Positions 1 through 10,216 are shown, numbered from the stretch's first letter. The stretch: 64,000 nt of DNA from Selenomonadaceae bacterium (GCA_017484005.1 JAFUTY010000013.1:3454-67453), one strand, 5' to 3'. Made by a program: numbers and translations. Notes: generated by a model from the sequence alone, not told the origin.

Positions 1-809
1 ATCGCCATGTGCATTCCTGCATAAATCGCGACGCCTCCAACTCCAAACGTCAGCATCAGAAAATGGTTATAGACCGCCGTCTGAATCAGTAATCCAATTT
101 TGCTAAGAGTCAAAGCACTTCGAGCGATGAAAATTTCTCTAAGATCAATTCGCGAAAAATCGATCTTTGTAAACAGACTCGCATGGAAATATTTTCGAAG
201 CTGCGATGCTCCATAAATGGTGAAAATGATCGCCGCGATAGTCATTCCGATTGAAATCGATTCCATTCCAAAACCGAGATATTTTGCAAAGATAAAAATC
301 GCGATTCCGTTGAAAACTAGAATTACTTTGTAGATCATTCGAAATTGCGATTGAAGTCCGACCATTTTCATGAATTGCATTACATAATTTGAAGTCACGA
401 GGAGAAATCCAAGAATCGGGAAAATTTTTCCATATTCAAGCGCGAGATCATGCAATTCATTCGGAACACCGAGAATTCTAATGATCGATTCTAAAAAAAT
501 TTCGGTGAGAATCGCGAGAATCAATCCTGTGACAATAGATAAAAATAACGCGACGCTCGAATGTTGTCTCGCACTTTCCGAATCAGATCTACTTATCGAT
601 CTCATTGCGAGCGTCAAAGATCCAGAATTTATTGCAAATCCAACGATTGTAAATAGAAAATACAGCGGCAAAAAAAATCCATAGACCGCCATTCCATTCT
701 CGCCAAACAGATATCCCGCGAGATATGTGCTGACTGCAATCAGTGGAAGGCGGTCAGGAATCATGTAACTCTTGACAAGGAGATCCATGTATTTTTTAGC
801 AGATTTCAT
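1..809 (-). CDS. MATE-like polytopic efflux-family membrane protein, N-terminal part only (gene runs off the window start)
   Basis: Manual minus-strand translation from the ATG at 809-807 (MKSAKKYMDLLVKSYMIPDRLPLIAVSTYLAGYLFGENGMAVYGFFLPLYF...) is stop-free down to position 1. It is strongly hydrophobic and multi-helix, and resembles the N-terminal half of the MATE-like ORF at 17543-19297. It is absent from the ORF track because it is open-ended. An alternative start is the ATG at 788. Confidence 0.55.
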   Translation of the reverse strand, partial: MKSAKKYMDLLVKSYMIPDRLPLIAVSTYLAGYLFGENGMAVYGFFLPLYFLFTIVGFAINSGSLTLAMRSISRSDSESARQHSSVALFLSIVTGLILAILTEIFLESIIRILGVPNELHDLALEYGKIFPILGFLLVTSNYVMQFMKMVGLQSQFRMIYKVILVFNGIAIFIFAKYLGFGMESISIGMTIAAIIFTIYGASQLRKYFHASLFTKIDFSRIDLREIFIARSALTLSKIGLLIQTAVYNHFLMLTFGVGGVAIYAGMHMA

Positions 810-823
810 TTAAAACATTCCAT

Positions 824-3256
824 TCAGAATGACAATTTTAAGCTTGCATGGAAGAGATTATTTTTCAAATCACTTCCAAAAACTCCTTGATATCCCAAAT
901 CGATCGCAAAATCTTTAATCTGATGAATGTAGGAAAGATCGACCAATCCTTGGCATGGATCTTCGCGAACAGAGCCGGAAAAATCAGTGTTCATCATGTT
1001 CAAGTTAAGTTTTTCAGCCGAAAGTCTCCCGCGAACTCCCAATCCAAAAGCGAGCGAATCTTTTTCCGAGAAATTATGAACGTAAGTTTCTTTGAGATTT
1101 GCATAGAGTGCGTGATATTTATCCATTTTCATTTGATAGCCGTCGAATTGATAATCGAGCAAAGACCAATCAACTTGCATGCCATGACTGAAATTCAAAT
1201 ATGAAAGTCCGATTTCTGAACGGAGAAAATCTTTGTCAGTGAATTTTGAACGAATTCCTGCGTTCGTCGATACATATACGCCGCTCGATGCATTAGAAAC
1301 TTTTCCGTTGAGAGTGCTTGTGTCAGTTGTCATCGTGAGATTTGTATCGCCGGAAGTGTGAAAAGCAGTTGCTTGAGCTCGAATCCAACTTTTATCTTCT
1401 TGTGGATATAGCGTCACATGAACTCCGCCCGCAACATTTTTCAAATTGCCATTCGCGGAATAAATATCGCCATCGCCACTTCCGAGGGAATATGCCGCTT
1501 GAATTCCACCAATTGCTTTTGAACCGACTCGCCAATCAGCTCCAGCGAGATATCCATGGGCATGTCCATCCATTCCATCGCTACGATCGAATCTTGAATA
1601 ATATGGCGCGATAAACCATTTTCTTTCTTTTCTATCACGACGCTCGATCTCACGATCAATTTGATCCATGACTCCACGAGTGAAATCGATCGGGAACATT
1701 GCAGTAGTTGAGATCACTTTTTTATTTAGAGATTCATTATTCACCGGAATCAAACTGACGTTGTAAGTCGAATCACCATTATTGACAACATTCGCCGAAA
1801 TAAAATCAGACATTTCAGTGGAATAAGTCATTGAATCGATTCCGGAAATTACAACGTTTGCATCTGAATTTGTATCTGCCGCGATTGGTGCGACTAAAGT
1901 ATCAGCAGAAATCAGATAGCTCGTTCCGGCAGTATATCCAGATTCTGGACGCAAAATCAGATTCGTCGTTGAGAAATCTACATAACCATTTCGCGCTTGT
2001 ACAAAATCTTTAGTCGTGGAAAAATCTCTGAGAGTTGTCGCCCAGTTTCCAATTTTCGCGTGAGTGTTTGAATAATTTGGATTGAAAGCATTGATCGCAA
2101 TTTCAGAGGTTCGCGGTGAATATTGATTATCTGCGCTCGCCTCGATATTCGAAGTCAAATCGATAACACCAGTATTTTCCATTGTGACAACTGTAGAATT
2201 TCCTAACTGGTTCATGAGCATCATGCCAGTCGTGATAGTTTCAGCGTGAGACGTTGAATCTCCAGTGACAGTTGCGCGAACAACTCCATTATTGGTAATT
2301 GTTCCGTCTGACGTCCAGTTAGTCATAACAAATCCATACGCGCCAGGAATAAATTGCGGTTGAATTCCAATTTGATGCTCGGCTTGATGTCCCGTCGAAT
2401 ACAAATTCATGATTCCGTTATTGATCATCGGAGAAGTACTAGGCGATGACATTCCATAAACTGGACCGCTCGAACTGTTATAAATCGTTCCGTTATTTGT
2501 AACAATTCCGCCATCACCGGTAGTTGCAAGCGCACGAGACATGTAAGATTTATCGACGTCGATATAGATTAAGCCGTTATTCGTGATAATGTTTCCGGAA
2601 TGTTGAGTCGTCAATCCGCGAACTTGAGATCCAGTCGATCCAGTTCCAGTAACGCGAACCGTTCCGTTGTTGATCATCGATGAATTATCATAAACATACA
2701 TCGGGTGAGAGAATAATCCATAGGTCGAACTGGAATCTTCTTGATCGTAATAGAGCTCAATCGTTCCATTGTTGATCAATGTCGAATAATTTCCTGCGAG
2801 CATTCCCCAGCCCATTATGTTGTCATATTTTTTCGTCGCATCGTCATAAGTATCGAGTTGATCTGCATATGCCGCAACGATGTCTTTGTAATGGAGGACA
2901 ATCGATCCATTGTTGACGAGATAAGCATAATCAGCCGCCTCAAGATATCCAGTTTGCGCATTCGTTCCAGTATCTTGAACGAGCGCAGCCATTCCATAAA
3001 AACAGCGATTCAAATTGTCGTCGCCGACTTCATGTTTAATCCAATCGAATTCCTCTTCCGCAGTGATAGAGCCGTCATTCGTTCCGGATGCCATGTCTTC
3101 CGAAGAAGTTCCTGCGCCAACTGTGACTTCATTGCTCGCGCTTGCAGTCATTGGAAAAATTGCGGCGATCGATAAAATTAATGCCGCGAGAAGTTTTTGA
3201 TTTGATCTTTTCAAAACTTGCACATCCTTGTAAAAAATTCTTCCGTGTATTTTCAA
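824..3256 (-). CDS. Autotransporter-type outer-membrane protein (beta-helix passenger plus C-terminal beta-barrel)
   Basis: 810 aa. Signal peptide ...LSIAAIFPMTASA/SNE. More than 10 degenerate NNG(T/S/I/L)(I/V) repeats (NNGSIVL, NNGTIEL, NNGTVRV, NNGLIYI, NNGTIYN, NNGIMNL, NNGVVRA). C-terminal region of about 270 aa with alternating hydrophobic residues, ending LKLSF (terminal Phe, an OMP signature). Confidence 0.75.
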   Translation of the reverse strand: MKIHGRIFYKDVQVLKRSNQKLLAALILSIAAIFPMTASASNEVTVGAGTSSEDMASGTNDGSITAEEEFDWIKHEVGDDNLNRCFYGMAALVQDTGTNAQTGYLEAADYAYLVNNGSIVLHYKDIVAAYADQLDTYDDATKKYDNIMGWGMLAGNYSTLINNGTIELYYDQEDSSSTYGLFSHPMYVYDNSSMINNGTVRVTGTGSTGSQVRGLTTQHSGNIITNNGLIYIDVDKSYMSRALATTGDGGIVTNNGTIYNSSSGPVYGMSSPSTSPMINNGIMNLYSTGHQAEHQIGIQPQFIPGAYGFVMTNWTSDGTITNNGVVRATVTGDSTSHAETITTGMMLMNQLGNSTVVTMENTGVIDLTSNIEASADNQYSPRTSEIAINAFNPNYSNTHAKIGNWATTLRDFSTTKDFVQARNGYVDFSTTNLILRPESGYTAGTSYLISADTLVAPIAADTNSDANVVISGIDSMTYSTEMSDFISANVVNNGDSTYNVSLIPVNNESLNKKVISTTAMFPIDFTRGVMDQIDREIERRDRKERKWFIAPYYSRFDRSDGMDGHAHGYLAGADWRVGSKAIGGIQAAYSLGSGDGDIYSANGNLKNVAGGVHVTLYPQEDKSWIRAQATAFHTSGDTNLTMTTDTSTLNGKVSNASSGVYVSTNAGIRSKFTDKDFLRSEIGLSYLNFSHGMQVDWSLLDYQFDGYQMKMDKYHALYANLKETYVHNFSEKDSLAFGLGVRGRLSAEKLNLNMMNTDFSGSVREDPCQGLVDLSYIHQIKDFAIDLGYQGVFGSDLKNNLFHASLKLSF

Positions 3257-3258
3257 AA

Positions 3259-3897
3259 TTAACTCAATAAATTTTTTCCGAGATCATATGCACGCTGAAG
3301 ATCTTGTGGAAAATGTTCCTCACTGAATTTGATTTTCGCCTCGACTGGAACTGCCGCCGTGTGATATTTACTGTAATCGTCGAATTGCAGAGTCGAATTC
3401 GCGATCATGTATTGCGATTTTCCAAATCCCCGATCCATCAAAAACGAATCATATTTGCATGAATTTTCGATTCCCATCTTGTCCATGAAATTCTGATTTC
3501 CGTTCATGTTATAGATTAGAAGGCTTGGATATTCGCGCTCGACCATTCGCTCGTGAGAATCATAGTTGCAATGCGAAAAATAGAATCGCTCGAGCAATGC
3601 AGACATCGAGCTTGACATGTGTCCGTTGTAAATTGGACTTGAAAAAATCCATGCATCGGCGGCGAGCATGTCATTCATGATTTGAGTGAAATCATCTTTC
3701 ATCGCGCAGCCTTTTCCATACATTGGACTCTTTCGTTTGCATGCAAAACAGCTTCGACAGCCTTTATAATTCAAATTGTAGAGATGAATGATCTCAGTTT
3801 CCGCTCCGAAGTCCTGCGCTCCACGAATTGCAGATTCGAGAAGTTTCATGCTGTTGCCATTCTTGCGAGGACTTCCATTGAATCCTAAAATTTTCAT
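3259..3897 (-). CDS. Iron-sulfur flavoprotein-like / NADPH-dependent FMN reductase family protein
   Basis: MKILGFNGSPRKNGNS flavodoxin-like N-terminus. Compact Cys cluster CRSCFACK...C. Start moved to the internal Met (the ORF track starts at 3936) because family members begin MKI(L)G.NGSPR. Confidence 0.7.
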   Translation of the reverse strand: MKILGFNGSPRKNGNSMKLLESAIRGAQDFGAETEIIHLYNLNYKGCRSCFACKRKSPMYGKGCAMKDDFTQIMNDMLAADAWIFSSPIYNGHMSSSMSALLERFYFSHCNYDSHERMVEREYPSLLIYNMNGNQNFMDKMGIENSCKYDSFLMDRGFGKSQYMIANSTLQFDDYSKYHTAAVPVEAKIKFSEEHFPQDLQRAYDLGKNLLS

Positions 3898-3957
3898 ACG
3901 CTTTACCTCAAAAAATAGGATCGCCGAGTTTGTCACGAAGCTCGACGATCCATTTTT

Positions 3958-5442
3958 TTATTCTTCGATTGATCTGACTGGTCTGACTTTATATTTGCCG
4001 TTGAATCGATCCGCGTAATATCCATCGTAGGCAAACATTCGATTGATTCCCCAATTGAAACAGCCGTTGAAAGTTTCCGCCGCCAAGATGAACATGTATT
4101 TTTCATCGTAGACATGCGGAAACAGCTTTTGATCAATCCAATTCAGATTTTCAACTTTGCGATCAAATATCGTCGAAAGCTCTTTAATGTTCGGAAGTCT
4201 CCAGCCGCTAAATCCTGCAAGATTATTTTCCGCCAAATATTTTTCAGCATCCGGCGCAGTCATCATCGGCAATTCATCGCGATACCACATGATTTTCAAA
4301 TATTTATCGATCACGACTTCATCGCGAATCTCGTAACGATCTCCAGATTTTTCGGTGAGATTCGAATTTCCACTCACCACGATACAGCCACATTTCTGAT
4401 CTTTTTCGAGCGAAATCGCACATCCATAACCAAAATAGATCGCCCAAGCTCTAGCTGATTTTGTTGGAGTGTGAGATTCGCCTGTCCAATAAAAATCTGA
4501 ATTTGCAATCGCCGAGAATTTTTCGAGAATCGCAGGAGATTTTTTCTGATAATCGACAATCATTCGAAGTTCATCGACTGTCGGAAGTCGCCATGAATTT
4601 TTTCCGTCGCGATTTAGATCCTCAACGAATTTTTGAGCCTCGTCGAATGTGAATTTTTTACCGAGTGCGAGATTTGCGTATCGAATTCCAGTTTTCTCAT
4701 CGACAATTCCAGATTCCGATTCGATCGATCTCACGAGTCGATAGCAGAGCGGCACATTTTTCTCAGCGTAATATCCATCATATCCAAAATTGAAATTTGT
4801 CACCCAGATATAAGTTCCGCCGAATGAATTCACAGCAAGATGTTGCAAAATCGGAGGTTTCAACTTGTCACGCTCAAAACCATCGAAATACCAACTTCCA
4901 TTCGCATGATCCTCGTCGAAAATCGATCCCAACTCCTGCATTGTCGGAAGTCGCCAATCTTTGAATCCTGCCAGCTCAAAATCTTTCAACATCGCGAGAA
5001 TATCTGAATATGACTTGCGATCCGGCTGATCTTTCTGCCACATCAAATTCAAAACGCGATCTGTGATTGTTCCATCGCCATTGTCAACGAATCGATCCCG
5101 CGGAAGTTTTTCACCGCGAACTGCAATCCCGAAACTTTTGGCAGATTTCAATTTTACAGTCGTCGCACCGAGATTCAAATTCAAAATCCAGCCGCAATTT
5201 TCATCGAGTGCATAATTTCCGCCGCACCAATAATCGTCCGGTTTCAAAAATGGAAATTCAGTCTGATTGAACGCCGGATTGATTTGATTGTAATTCACGA
5301 TCGAGCGCAATTCGAATTTCGAGGGAACGCGCCAATCATTGAATCCACCGAATTTTTTTGCGTTGAGATTTGCAACATATTCATCGAATTCGTCGCGAGT
5401 CATAAGTCTCGGAGTGTCAATCGCCCATTCGAGTTTCATCAT
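3958..5442 (-). CDS. Protein with four tandem DUF1566 (Lcl C-terminal / Fibrobacter paralogous domain)-like modules
   Basis: Four repeats of the hallmark DWR(L/V)P(T/S/N)..EL..I(F/V) motif: WRVPSKFELRSIV, WRLPTMQELGSIF, WRLPTVDELRMIV, WRLPNIKELSTIF. No obvious signal peptide. ATGA start/stop overlap with the upstream cupin gene. Confidence 0.7.
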   Translation of the reverse strand: MMKLEWAIDTPRLMTRDEFDEYVANLNAKKFGGFNDWRVPSKFELRSIVNYNQINPAFNQTEFPFLKPDDYWCGGNYALDENCGWILNLNLGATTVKLKSAKSFGIAVRGEKLPRDRFVDNGDGTITDRVLNLMWQKDQPDRKSYSDILAMLKDFELAGFKDWRLPTMQELGSIFDEDHANGSWYFDGFERDKLKPPILQHLAVNSFGGTYIWVTNFNFGYDGYYAEKNVPLCYRLVRSIESESGIVDEKTGIRYANLALGKKFTFDEAQKFVEDLNRDGKNSWRLPTVDELRMIVDYQKKSPAILEKFSAIANSDFYWTGESHTPTKSARAWAIYFGYGCAISLEKDQKCGCIVVSGNSNLTEKSGDRYEIRDEVVIDKYLKIMWYRDELPMMTAPDAEKYLAENNLAGFSGWRLPNIKELSTIFDRKVENLNWIDQKLFPHVYDEKYMFILAAETFNGCFNWGINRMFAYDGYYADRFNGKYKVRPVRSIEE

Positions 5443-5774
5443 GCAGGTCTCCCGTCTGGAATTGGATCTTTCATTGGATTCAACACGTCAATCGCTTCAG
5501 TTTCACCGACAGCGATGAATGAATGTGGGACGTCGGGCGGGATGAAATATGCATCGCCTGCACCGATTTCGAATTTTTGTCCTTCCATTTCGATGATGAA
5601 TCCGCCTTTGATAACATAACCGAACTGCTCCGAGGGGTGTGAATGGAGCGCGACAATCGAGCCGTCAGCCATGTTCCAATGAAAAACATTCATCCAAGTT
5701 CCCTTGCCGAGATATTGGAAAATGACGCCGGGATTGATTTCCTTTTTCTCGATTTTGTCATGATAAACCATCAT
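5439..5774 (-). CDS. Cupin-domain protein
   Basis: Cupin_2 motifs HSHPSEQFGYVIKG ... GDAYFIPPDVPHSF. 111 aa. Overlaps both neighbours by 4 nt. Confidence 0.8.
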   Translation of the reverse strand: MMVYHDKIEKKEINPGVIFQYLGKGTWMNVFHWNMADGSIVALHSHPSEQFGYVIKGGFIIEMEGQKFEIGAGDAYFIPPDVPHSFIAVGETEAIDVLNPMKDPIPDGRPA

Positions 5775-6043
5775 GATTTTTCGACCTCCTCAAGTTTTTT
5801 GACGATTTCAGGATCTTTCGACCATTCATCCTCGTTGAATTTTCCCCATGCGCGTTGAGTTGGTTTGTCAGAAAATCTGATTCCGCCAGTTCCAACGTTG
5901 TCGAGTGTGTATCCATCGAAGAAAAGATAGACGCGATCTTTCGGAACGTTTGTGATTTCCGCAAAAGTCTCGACAAATTTTTTTGCGAGGATTCTTTTTT
6001 GAGAATCAGACAGCTCGAGAGATTGAATTGTAATTGCAGGCAT
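5771..6043 (-). CDS. Tautomerase (4-oxalocrotonate tautomerase-like) family protein
   Basis: Begins MP(A)ITIQ, with the catalytic Pro directly after Met. 90 aa, beta-alpha-beta-like N-terminal 60 aa. Confidence 0.55.
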   Translation of the reverse strand: MPAITIQSLELSDSQKRILAKKFVETFAEITNVPKDRVYLFFDGYTLDNVGTGGIRFSDKPTQRAWGKFNEDEWSKDPEIVKKLEEVEKS

Positions 6044-6055
6044 GAAAATTCCTCC

Positions 6056-8140
6056 TCAAGATTTTTTCGAAGTACAAATGATCACAGATCGCGCGCCGAT
6101 GATGAATTGCTCGGACGAATTCAATTCCGCCGGATTTTTGTAAACCGATTCATCGCCGAGATCCGTGTTGATTTCGACTTGCCATTTGAGATTCATCGGC
6201 AGAGCAGGCAGCCAAACTCCATGCGATTCCCAATGCGCGTTGATTCCGAGATAGATGAAATCATCCTCACCGTCTGAATTTTTCCCCGCAAACATGATTC
6301 CGACGACGCGATTTTCCGAAGAATTATCGAATTGCCAAGCATTGACTCCATGTGCACTGACTTTTGGATAGCCAACCGGAATTCCATTCGATTGACGCGT
6401 CAATACCGGATGTTTTTTGCGGAAGGCGATCATGTATTTGAAGAATTCATGCAGATCGCGATTCTTTTCGAGCTGATTCCAATCAAGCCATGAAATTTTG
6501 TTATCTTGGCAATATGGATTATTGTTGCCATATTGAGTATTTCCAAATTCATCGCCAGCGAGAATCATTGGAATTCCGAGACTCGTTAATAGAATCGCCG
6601 CTGCATTTTTAATCATCTTGTGCCGGAGAAAATTGATTCCAGGATCGTCAGTTTCACCTTCCCAGCCGCAATTCCAGCTGTGATTGTCATTGCCGCCGTC
6701 AGATCCGCCCCAGCCATTCGCCTCGTTGTGCTTGTCGTTGTATGCAAAAAGATCGTAGAGAGTGAATCCATCGTGGCAAGTTATGAAATTGACTGATGCA
6801 CAATCGCCGCGCCAGAATGTGTTGTAAATATCTTCCGAGCCCGCGATTCGATACGAGATGCAATTCGCCAATCCCGAATCGCCTTTCAAAAATCTACGGA
6901 CATCGTCGCGATATTTTCCATTCCATTCCGACCATCTTCCATATGCAGGGAAATTTCCGACTTGATATAAGCCGCCCGCATCCCATGCTTCCGCGATCAA
7001 AATCGAATTGCTCAAAATTGGATCATGCGCCAGCGATTCGAGCAGCGGAGGATTATTCATCGGAGATCCGTCTTGATTTCGTCCGAGAATCGCCGCGAGA
7101 TCGAATCGGAATCCATCGACGTGGAAAGTGCTCACCCAATATCGCAGGCAAGTCAAAATCAGATTTCGAACGATAGGATTGTTGCAGTTGAGAGTATTGC
7201 CGCAGCCGCTGAAGTTGAAATAATATCCTTCCGGAGTCAAGATGTAGTAAGTTCGATTGTCGATTCCCTTGAACGAAATATATGGACCATGTTCGTTGCC
7301 TTCCGCAGTATGATTGAAAACAACGTCAAGAATTATCTTGATTCCCGCTTTGTGAAATTCCTTGACGAGATTTTTGAACTCATCAACCTGCATTGAATAT
7401 TTTCCGCTCGCTGCATATCCAGCTTTCGGCGCGAAAAATCCAACAGTCGAATATCCCCAATAATTCAACAGATCGTTCCCATTTTGATCTTTCCGTGCGC
7501 CCTCAAATTCATCGAATTCAAAAATCGGCAGAAGCTCGACCGCTGTCACTCCCAAATCTTTAATGTAGGGAATTTTCTCGACCAGCCCTGCATATGTTCC
7601 TTTGAACTTGACTTCTGACGATTCATCTTTTGTAAAGCCGCGAACATGCGCCTCATAAATGATCAATTCGTTGTGAGGAGTGCAAAGTGGAATATCGCCT
7701 TCCCAGTCAAAATCATTTTGCACAACTTTCGATCGATACTGAAATTGATTCGACCAATCCGGCTCAACTCCCCAAACATTTCGCCCAGAAATCACCTTGG
7801 CATATGGATCGAGGAGCGTCTTAGTCTTATCAAAAACATCGCCGCGCTGAAAATCATAATCACCATCGACGCGGAATCCATATTCGAGATTTTCATAATC
7901 CAAATCGAAAACGATCATCGCAAAGACATCGCCGATTCGATAACTCTCGGGGAATGGAATTACTGCAAACGGATCTTTTTCGTGAGAATGATATAAGACC
8001 AGCTCGATCGATTTCGCGCCTTTCGAATAAATCGTGAAATTTACTCCGCCAGGGACTAGATTCGAGCCATTCGCCAAAAATAATCCAGGACGAATTTTGA
8101 AATCGCCGTAAGTGTCAGTTGGATTTGTATCCACTCGCAT
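6056..8140 (-). CDS. glgX: Glycogen debranching enzyme GlgX (GH13)
   Basis: 694 aa. GH13 catalytic blocks VILDVVFNHT, DGFRFDLAAILG, IAEAWD, FITCHDGFTLYD. N-terminal CBM48-like region. Confidence 0.9.
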   Translation of the reverse strand: MRVDTNPTDTYGDFKIRPGLFLANGSNLVPGGVNFTIYSKGAKSIELVLYHSHEKDPFAVIPFPESYRIGDVFAMIVFDLDYENLEYGFRVDGDYDFQRGDVFDKTKTLLDPYAKVISGRNVWGVEPDWSNQFQYRSKVVQNDFDWEGDIPLCTPHNELIIYEAHVRGFTKDESSEVKFKGTYAGLVEKIPYIKDLGVTAVELLPIFEFDEFEGARKDQNGNDLLNYWGYSTVGFFAPKAGYAASGKYSMQVDEFKNLVKEFHKAGIKIILDVVFNHTAEGNEHGPYISFKGIDNRTYYILTPEGYYFNFSGCGNTLNCNNPIVRNLILTCLRYWVSTFHVDGFRFDLAAILGRNQDGSPMNNPPLLESLAHDPILSNSILIAEAWDAGGLYQVGNFPAYGRWSEWNGKYRDDVRRFLKGDSGLANCISYRIAGSEDIYNTFWRGDCASVNFITCHDGFTLYDLFAYNDKHNEANGWGGSDGGNDNHSWNCGWEGETDDPGINFLRHKMIKNAAAILLTSLGIPMILAGDEFGNTQYGNNNPYCQDNKISWLDWNQLEKNRDLHEFFKYMIAFRKKHPVLTRQSNGIPVGYPKVSAHGVNAWQFDNSSENRVVGIMFAGKNSDGEDDFIYLGINAHWESHGVWLPALPMNLKWQVEINTDLGDESVYKNPAELNSSEQFIIGARSVIICTSKKS

Positions 8141-8151
8141 GACAAATCCTC

Positions 8152-8481
8152 CTAGCTCAATTCTTTAATCGCATCGTCAACTGTCGCGACGCAATGGAGC
8201 ATTTTGATGAATCCTGTCATTTGCAGCACGTCAACGACTTCTTCAATCGCACCGGCATAAATGATTTTGACATTCTTCGATTTTGCAGTTTTAGCGATCA
8301 TCAGTAACGCTCGCAATCCAGAACTCGAAACGTATGTGACTTTTTCCATTGAGACGATCGTCGGCTTTTCATCGAGCATCTCGATAACTTCGTCGCGCGT
8401 TTTATCTGACGTTGCAACGTCGAGTTGTCCATCGAGTTCAATGATTTTGATATTGTCGTCTCTTGTTAAAGTTACAGTCAT
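8152..8481 (-). CDS. STAS-domain anti-sigma-factor antagonist-like protein (SpoIIAA/RsbV family)
   Basis: 109 aa. Typical STAS layout with a candidate phospho-Ser in VTYVSSSGLRALL. Confidence 0.8.
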   Translation of the reverse strand: MTVTLTRDDNIKIIELDGQLDVATSDKTRDEVIEMLDEKPTIVSMEKVTYVSSSGLRALLMIAKTAKSKNVKIIYAGAIEEVVDVLQMTGFIKMLHCVATVDDAIKELS

Positions 8482-8491
8482 TCAATTCACC

Positions 8492-10150
8492 TCACGTTTT
8501 TGAAATACTCATCGGAGGATAAATTTCGCCATCGATAATCGCGTCAATAATGCATGGCTGATTGAGTTTCAACGCCGCGTCGAATGCTTTTTCAAATTCT
8601 TCAGCATTTCGAACCTGCCAACCTCTCGCGCCGCATGATTCTGCATACTTGACATAATCAGGATTCTTGATATCCATAAACGCCTGCTCACCGAAATTCG
8701 CAAGAAGGAATTTCTTGATAACATTGAATTCGCTGTTATCGAAAATGATATAGACAACTGGAATCTGATTTTTGACGCAGGTTAAAATCTCGAATCCCGC
8801 CATCAGATAATCGCCATCGCCGCATGCACAAATCACCGGACGATCTGGATTCGCACATTTCACACCGATCGAGCCGTTCACATGACTCGCCATTGGCCCA
8901 AAACTTCCAGGATTCTGATACCATTGATTCTTGTTGAGATTCAAATACGCGCTCAGCCATAACATATGCGCACCAGCATCGCCCATGATTATTGAATTCT
9001 CGGGCAGATGTTTCGAAATCAATTGAGTTAAATATCCTGGATGAAGTTTTCCATTGCTAAGCTCCGGAAGATTTTCATCATGATGTTTTTTGCGAATTGC
9101 TAAATTTTCCGATAGAGGTTGAATTTTGTGAGATTCAAGGTACTCAACCAATTTTTCCAGCGCAAATCGAGCATCACTTACGAGTCGATAATCGCTCGAA
9201 TAGACTTTGTCAATCTCGTGGCGATCAATATTTATATGTAGGAAAGTTTTGCCATCCATTAATTTAGGATTGAATCCAAATGTTGCATTTTCAGCGAAAG
9301 AATTTCCGACGGCTAAAATCGTCTTTGAATCATGAAAATATTCATTCGCGCCAACATCTCCACTCGTTCCAACAATTCCAAGAGACATTGGATTATCTTC
9401 CGAGAGATATCCCTTTGCATCCATTGTCGAGGAGAATGGAATCTTCCATGTGTTGATCAATTTTTCCAAAACATCTTTAGCGTCTGAACGAATACATCCA
9501 TATCCAACCATCAACATCGGTTTTTTATCCGCGGAAAAATTCTCGACAAATCCTTTGCAAAATTCTTCGATTTGATCTGATTCTGCCGCGATCTTCGGAA
9601 CTGCAACATTGACAGATCGATATTTCGGAATTTCTGCGATCGTTATGTTTTTAGGAATATGAAGATGAACTGGTCCAGGGCGTCCTTCGAATGCTGTATA
9701 GATTAATTCTTCCAGCGTCGATACTGCATATTTTGCATCTTCAAGAATCACAGATTTTTTAGTTGTCGCCGCGAACATCGCTTGAGAATCTGGAGTTCGA
9801 GAAAGTCCTGTCGATTCATTCAGCGCACCTTTTCCACGCATCGCTTGAGACGTGTATCCAGTTATCGCGAGCATTGGAATCGAGTCGGAATATGCAACTG
9901 CCAATCCAGAGAAAAGATTGAAAGCGCCTGGACCTCCGGTCGCAAAACAGACTCCCAATTTTTTCGAAAACATTGCATAGCCTGCCGCCATGAATGACGC
10001 TGCCTGCTCGTTTTGAATTATGATCGTCTTGATTTTTTCAGATTTGTTGAGCGCGAGGAGCATTGATGCATTAACTTGTCCTGAGCCGCCGAAAACATAA
10101 TCGACGCCAATCTCCTCCAAAACTCGAACGATTGTTTGATTTACGTCCAT
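8492..10150 (-). CDS. Thiamine-pyrophosphate-dependent enzyme (acetolactate synthase large-subunit-like)
   Basis: 552 aa. N-terminal TPP pyrimidine-binding domain. C-terminal TPP motif CGDGDYLM...IIFDNSEFN (GDG-X-NN). GGAGGTG RBS before the ATG. Confidence 0.85.
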   Translation of the reverse strand: MDVNQTIVRVLEEIGVDYVFGGSGQVNASMLLALNKSEKIKTIIIQNEQAASFMAAGYAMFSKKLGVCFATGGPGAFNLFSGLAVAYSDSIPMLAITGYTSQAMRGKGALNESTGLSRTPDSQAMFAATTKKSVILEDAKYAVSTLEELIYTAFEGRPGPVHLHIPKNITIAEIPKYRSVNVAVPKIAAESDQIEEFCKGFVENFSADKKPMLMVGYGCIRSDAKDVLEKLINTWKIPFSSTMDAKGYLSEDNPMSLGIVGTSGDVGANEYFHDSKTILAVGNSFAENATFGFNPKLMDGKTFLHINIDRHEIDKVYSSDYRLVSDARFALEKLVEYLESHKIQPLSENLAIRKKHHDENLPELSNGKLHPGYLTQLISKHLPENSIIMGDAGAHMLWLSAYLNLNKNQWYQNPGSFGPMASHVNGSIGVKCANPDRPVICACGDGDYLMAGFEILTCVKNQIPVVYIIFDNSEFNVIKKFLLANFGEQAFMDIKNPDYVKYAESCGARGWQVRNAEEFEKAFDAALKLNQPCIIDAIIDGEIYPPMSISKT

Positions 10151-10162
10151 CGAATCACCTCC

Positions 10163-10197
10163 AAAAAAAATAGGAGGTCTCGAATCGAAACCTCCCG
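10163..10197 (-). terminator. Rho-independent terminator-like hairpin between the DJ-1 gene and the TPP-enzyme gene
   Basis: Minus strand reads GGGAGGT-ttcgattcgag-ACCTCCT followed by ATTTTTTTT, then the GGAGGTG RBS and ATG of the next gene. Confidence 0.55.
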
Positions 10198-10216
10198 AGT
10201 AAATTTTTCCGAGAAA

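Noticed and set aside
481-684. 67 aa plus-strand ORF near the window start.
   Set aside because: It lies antisense within the stop-free minus-strand MATE-like reading frame (1-809) and has no RBS or motif.
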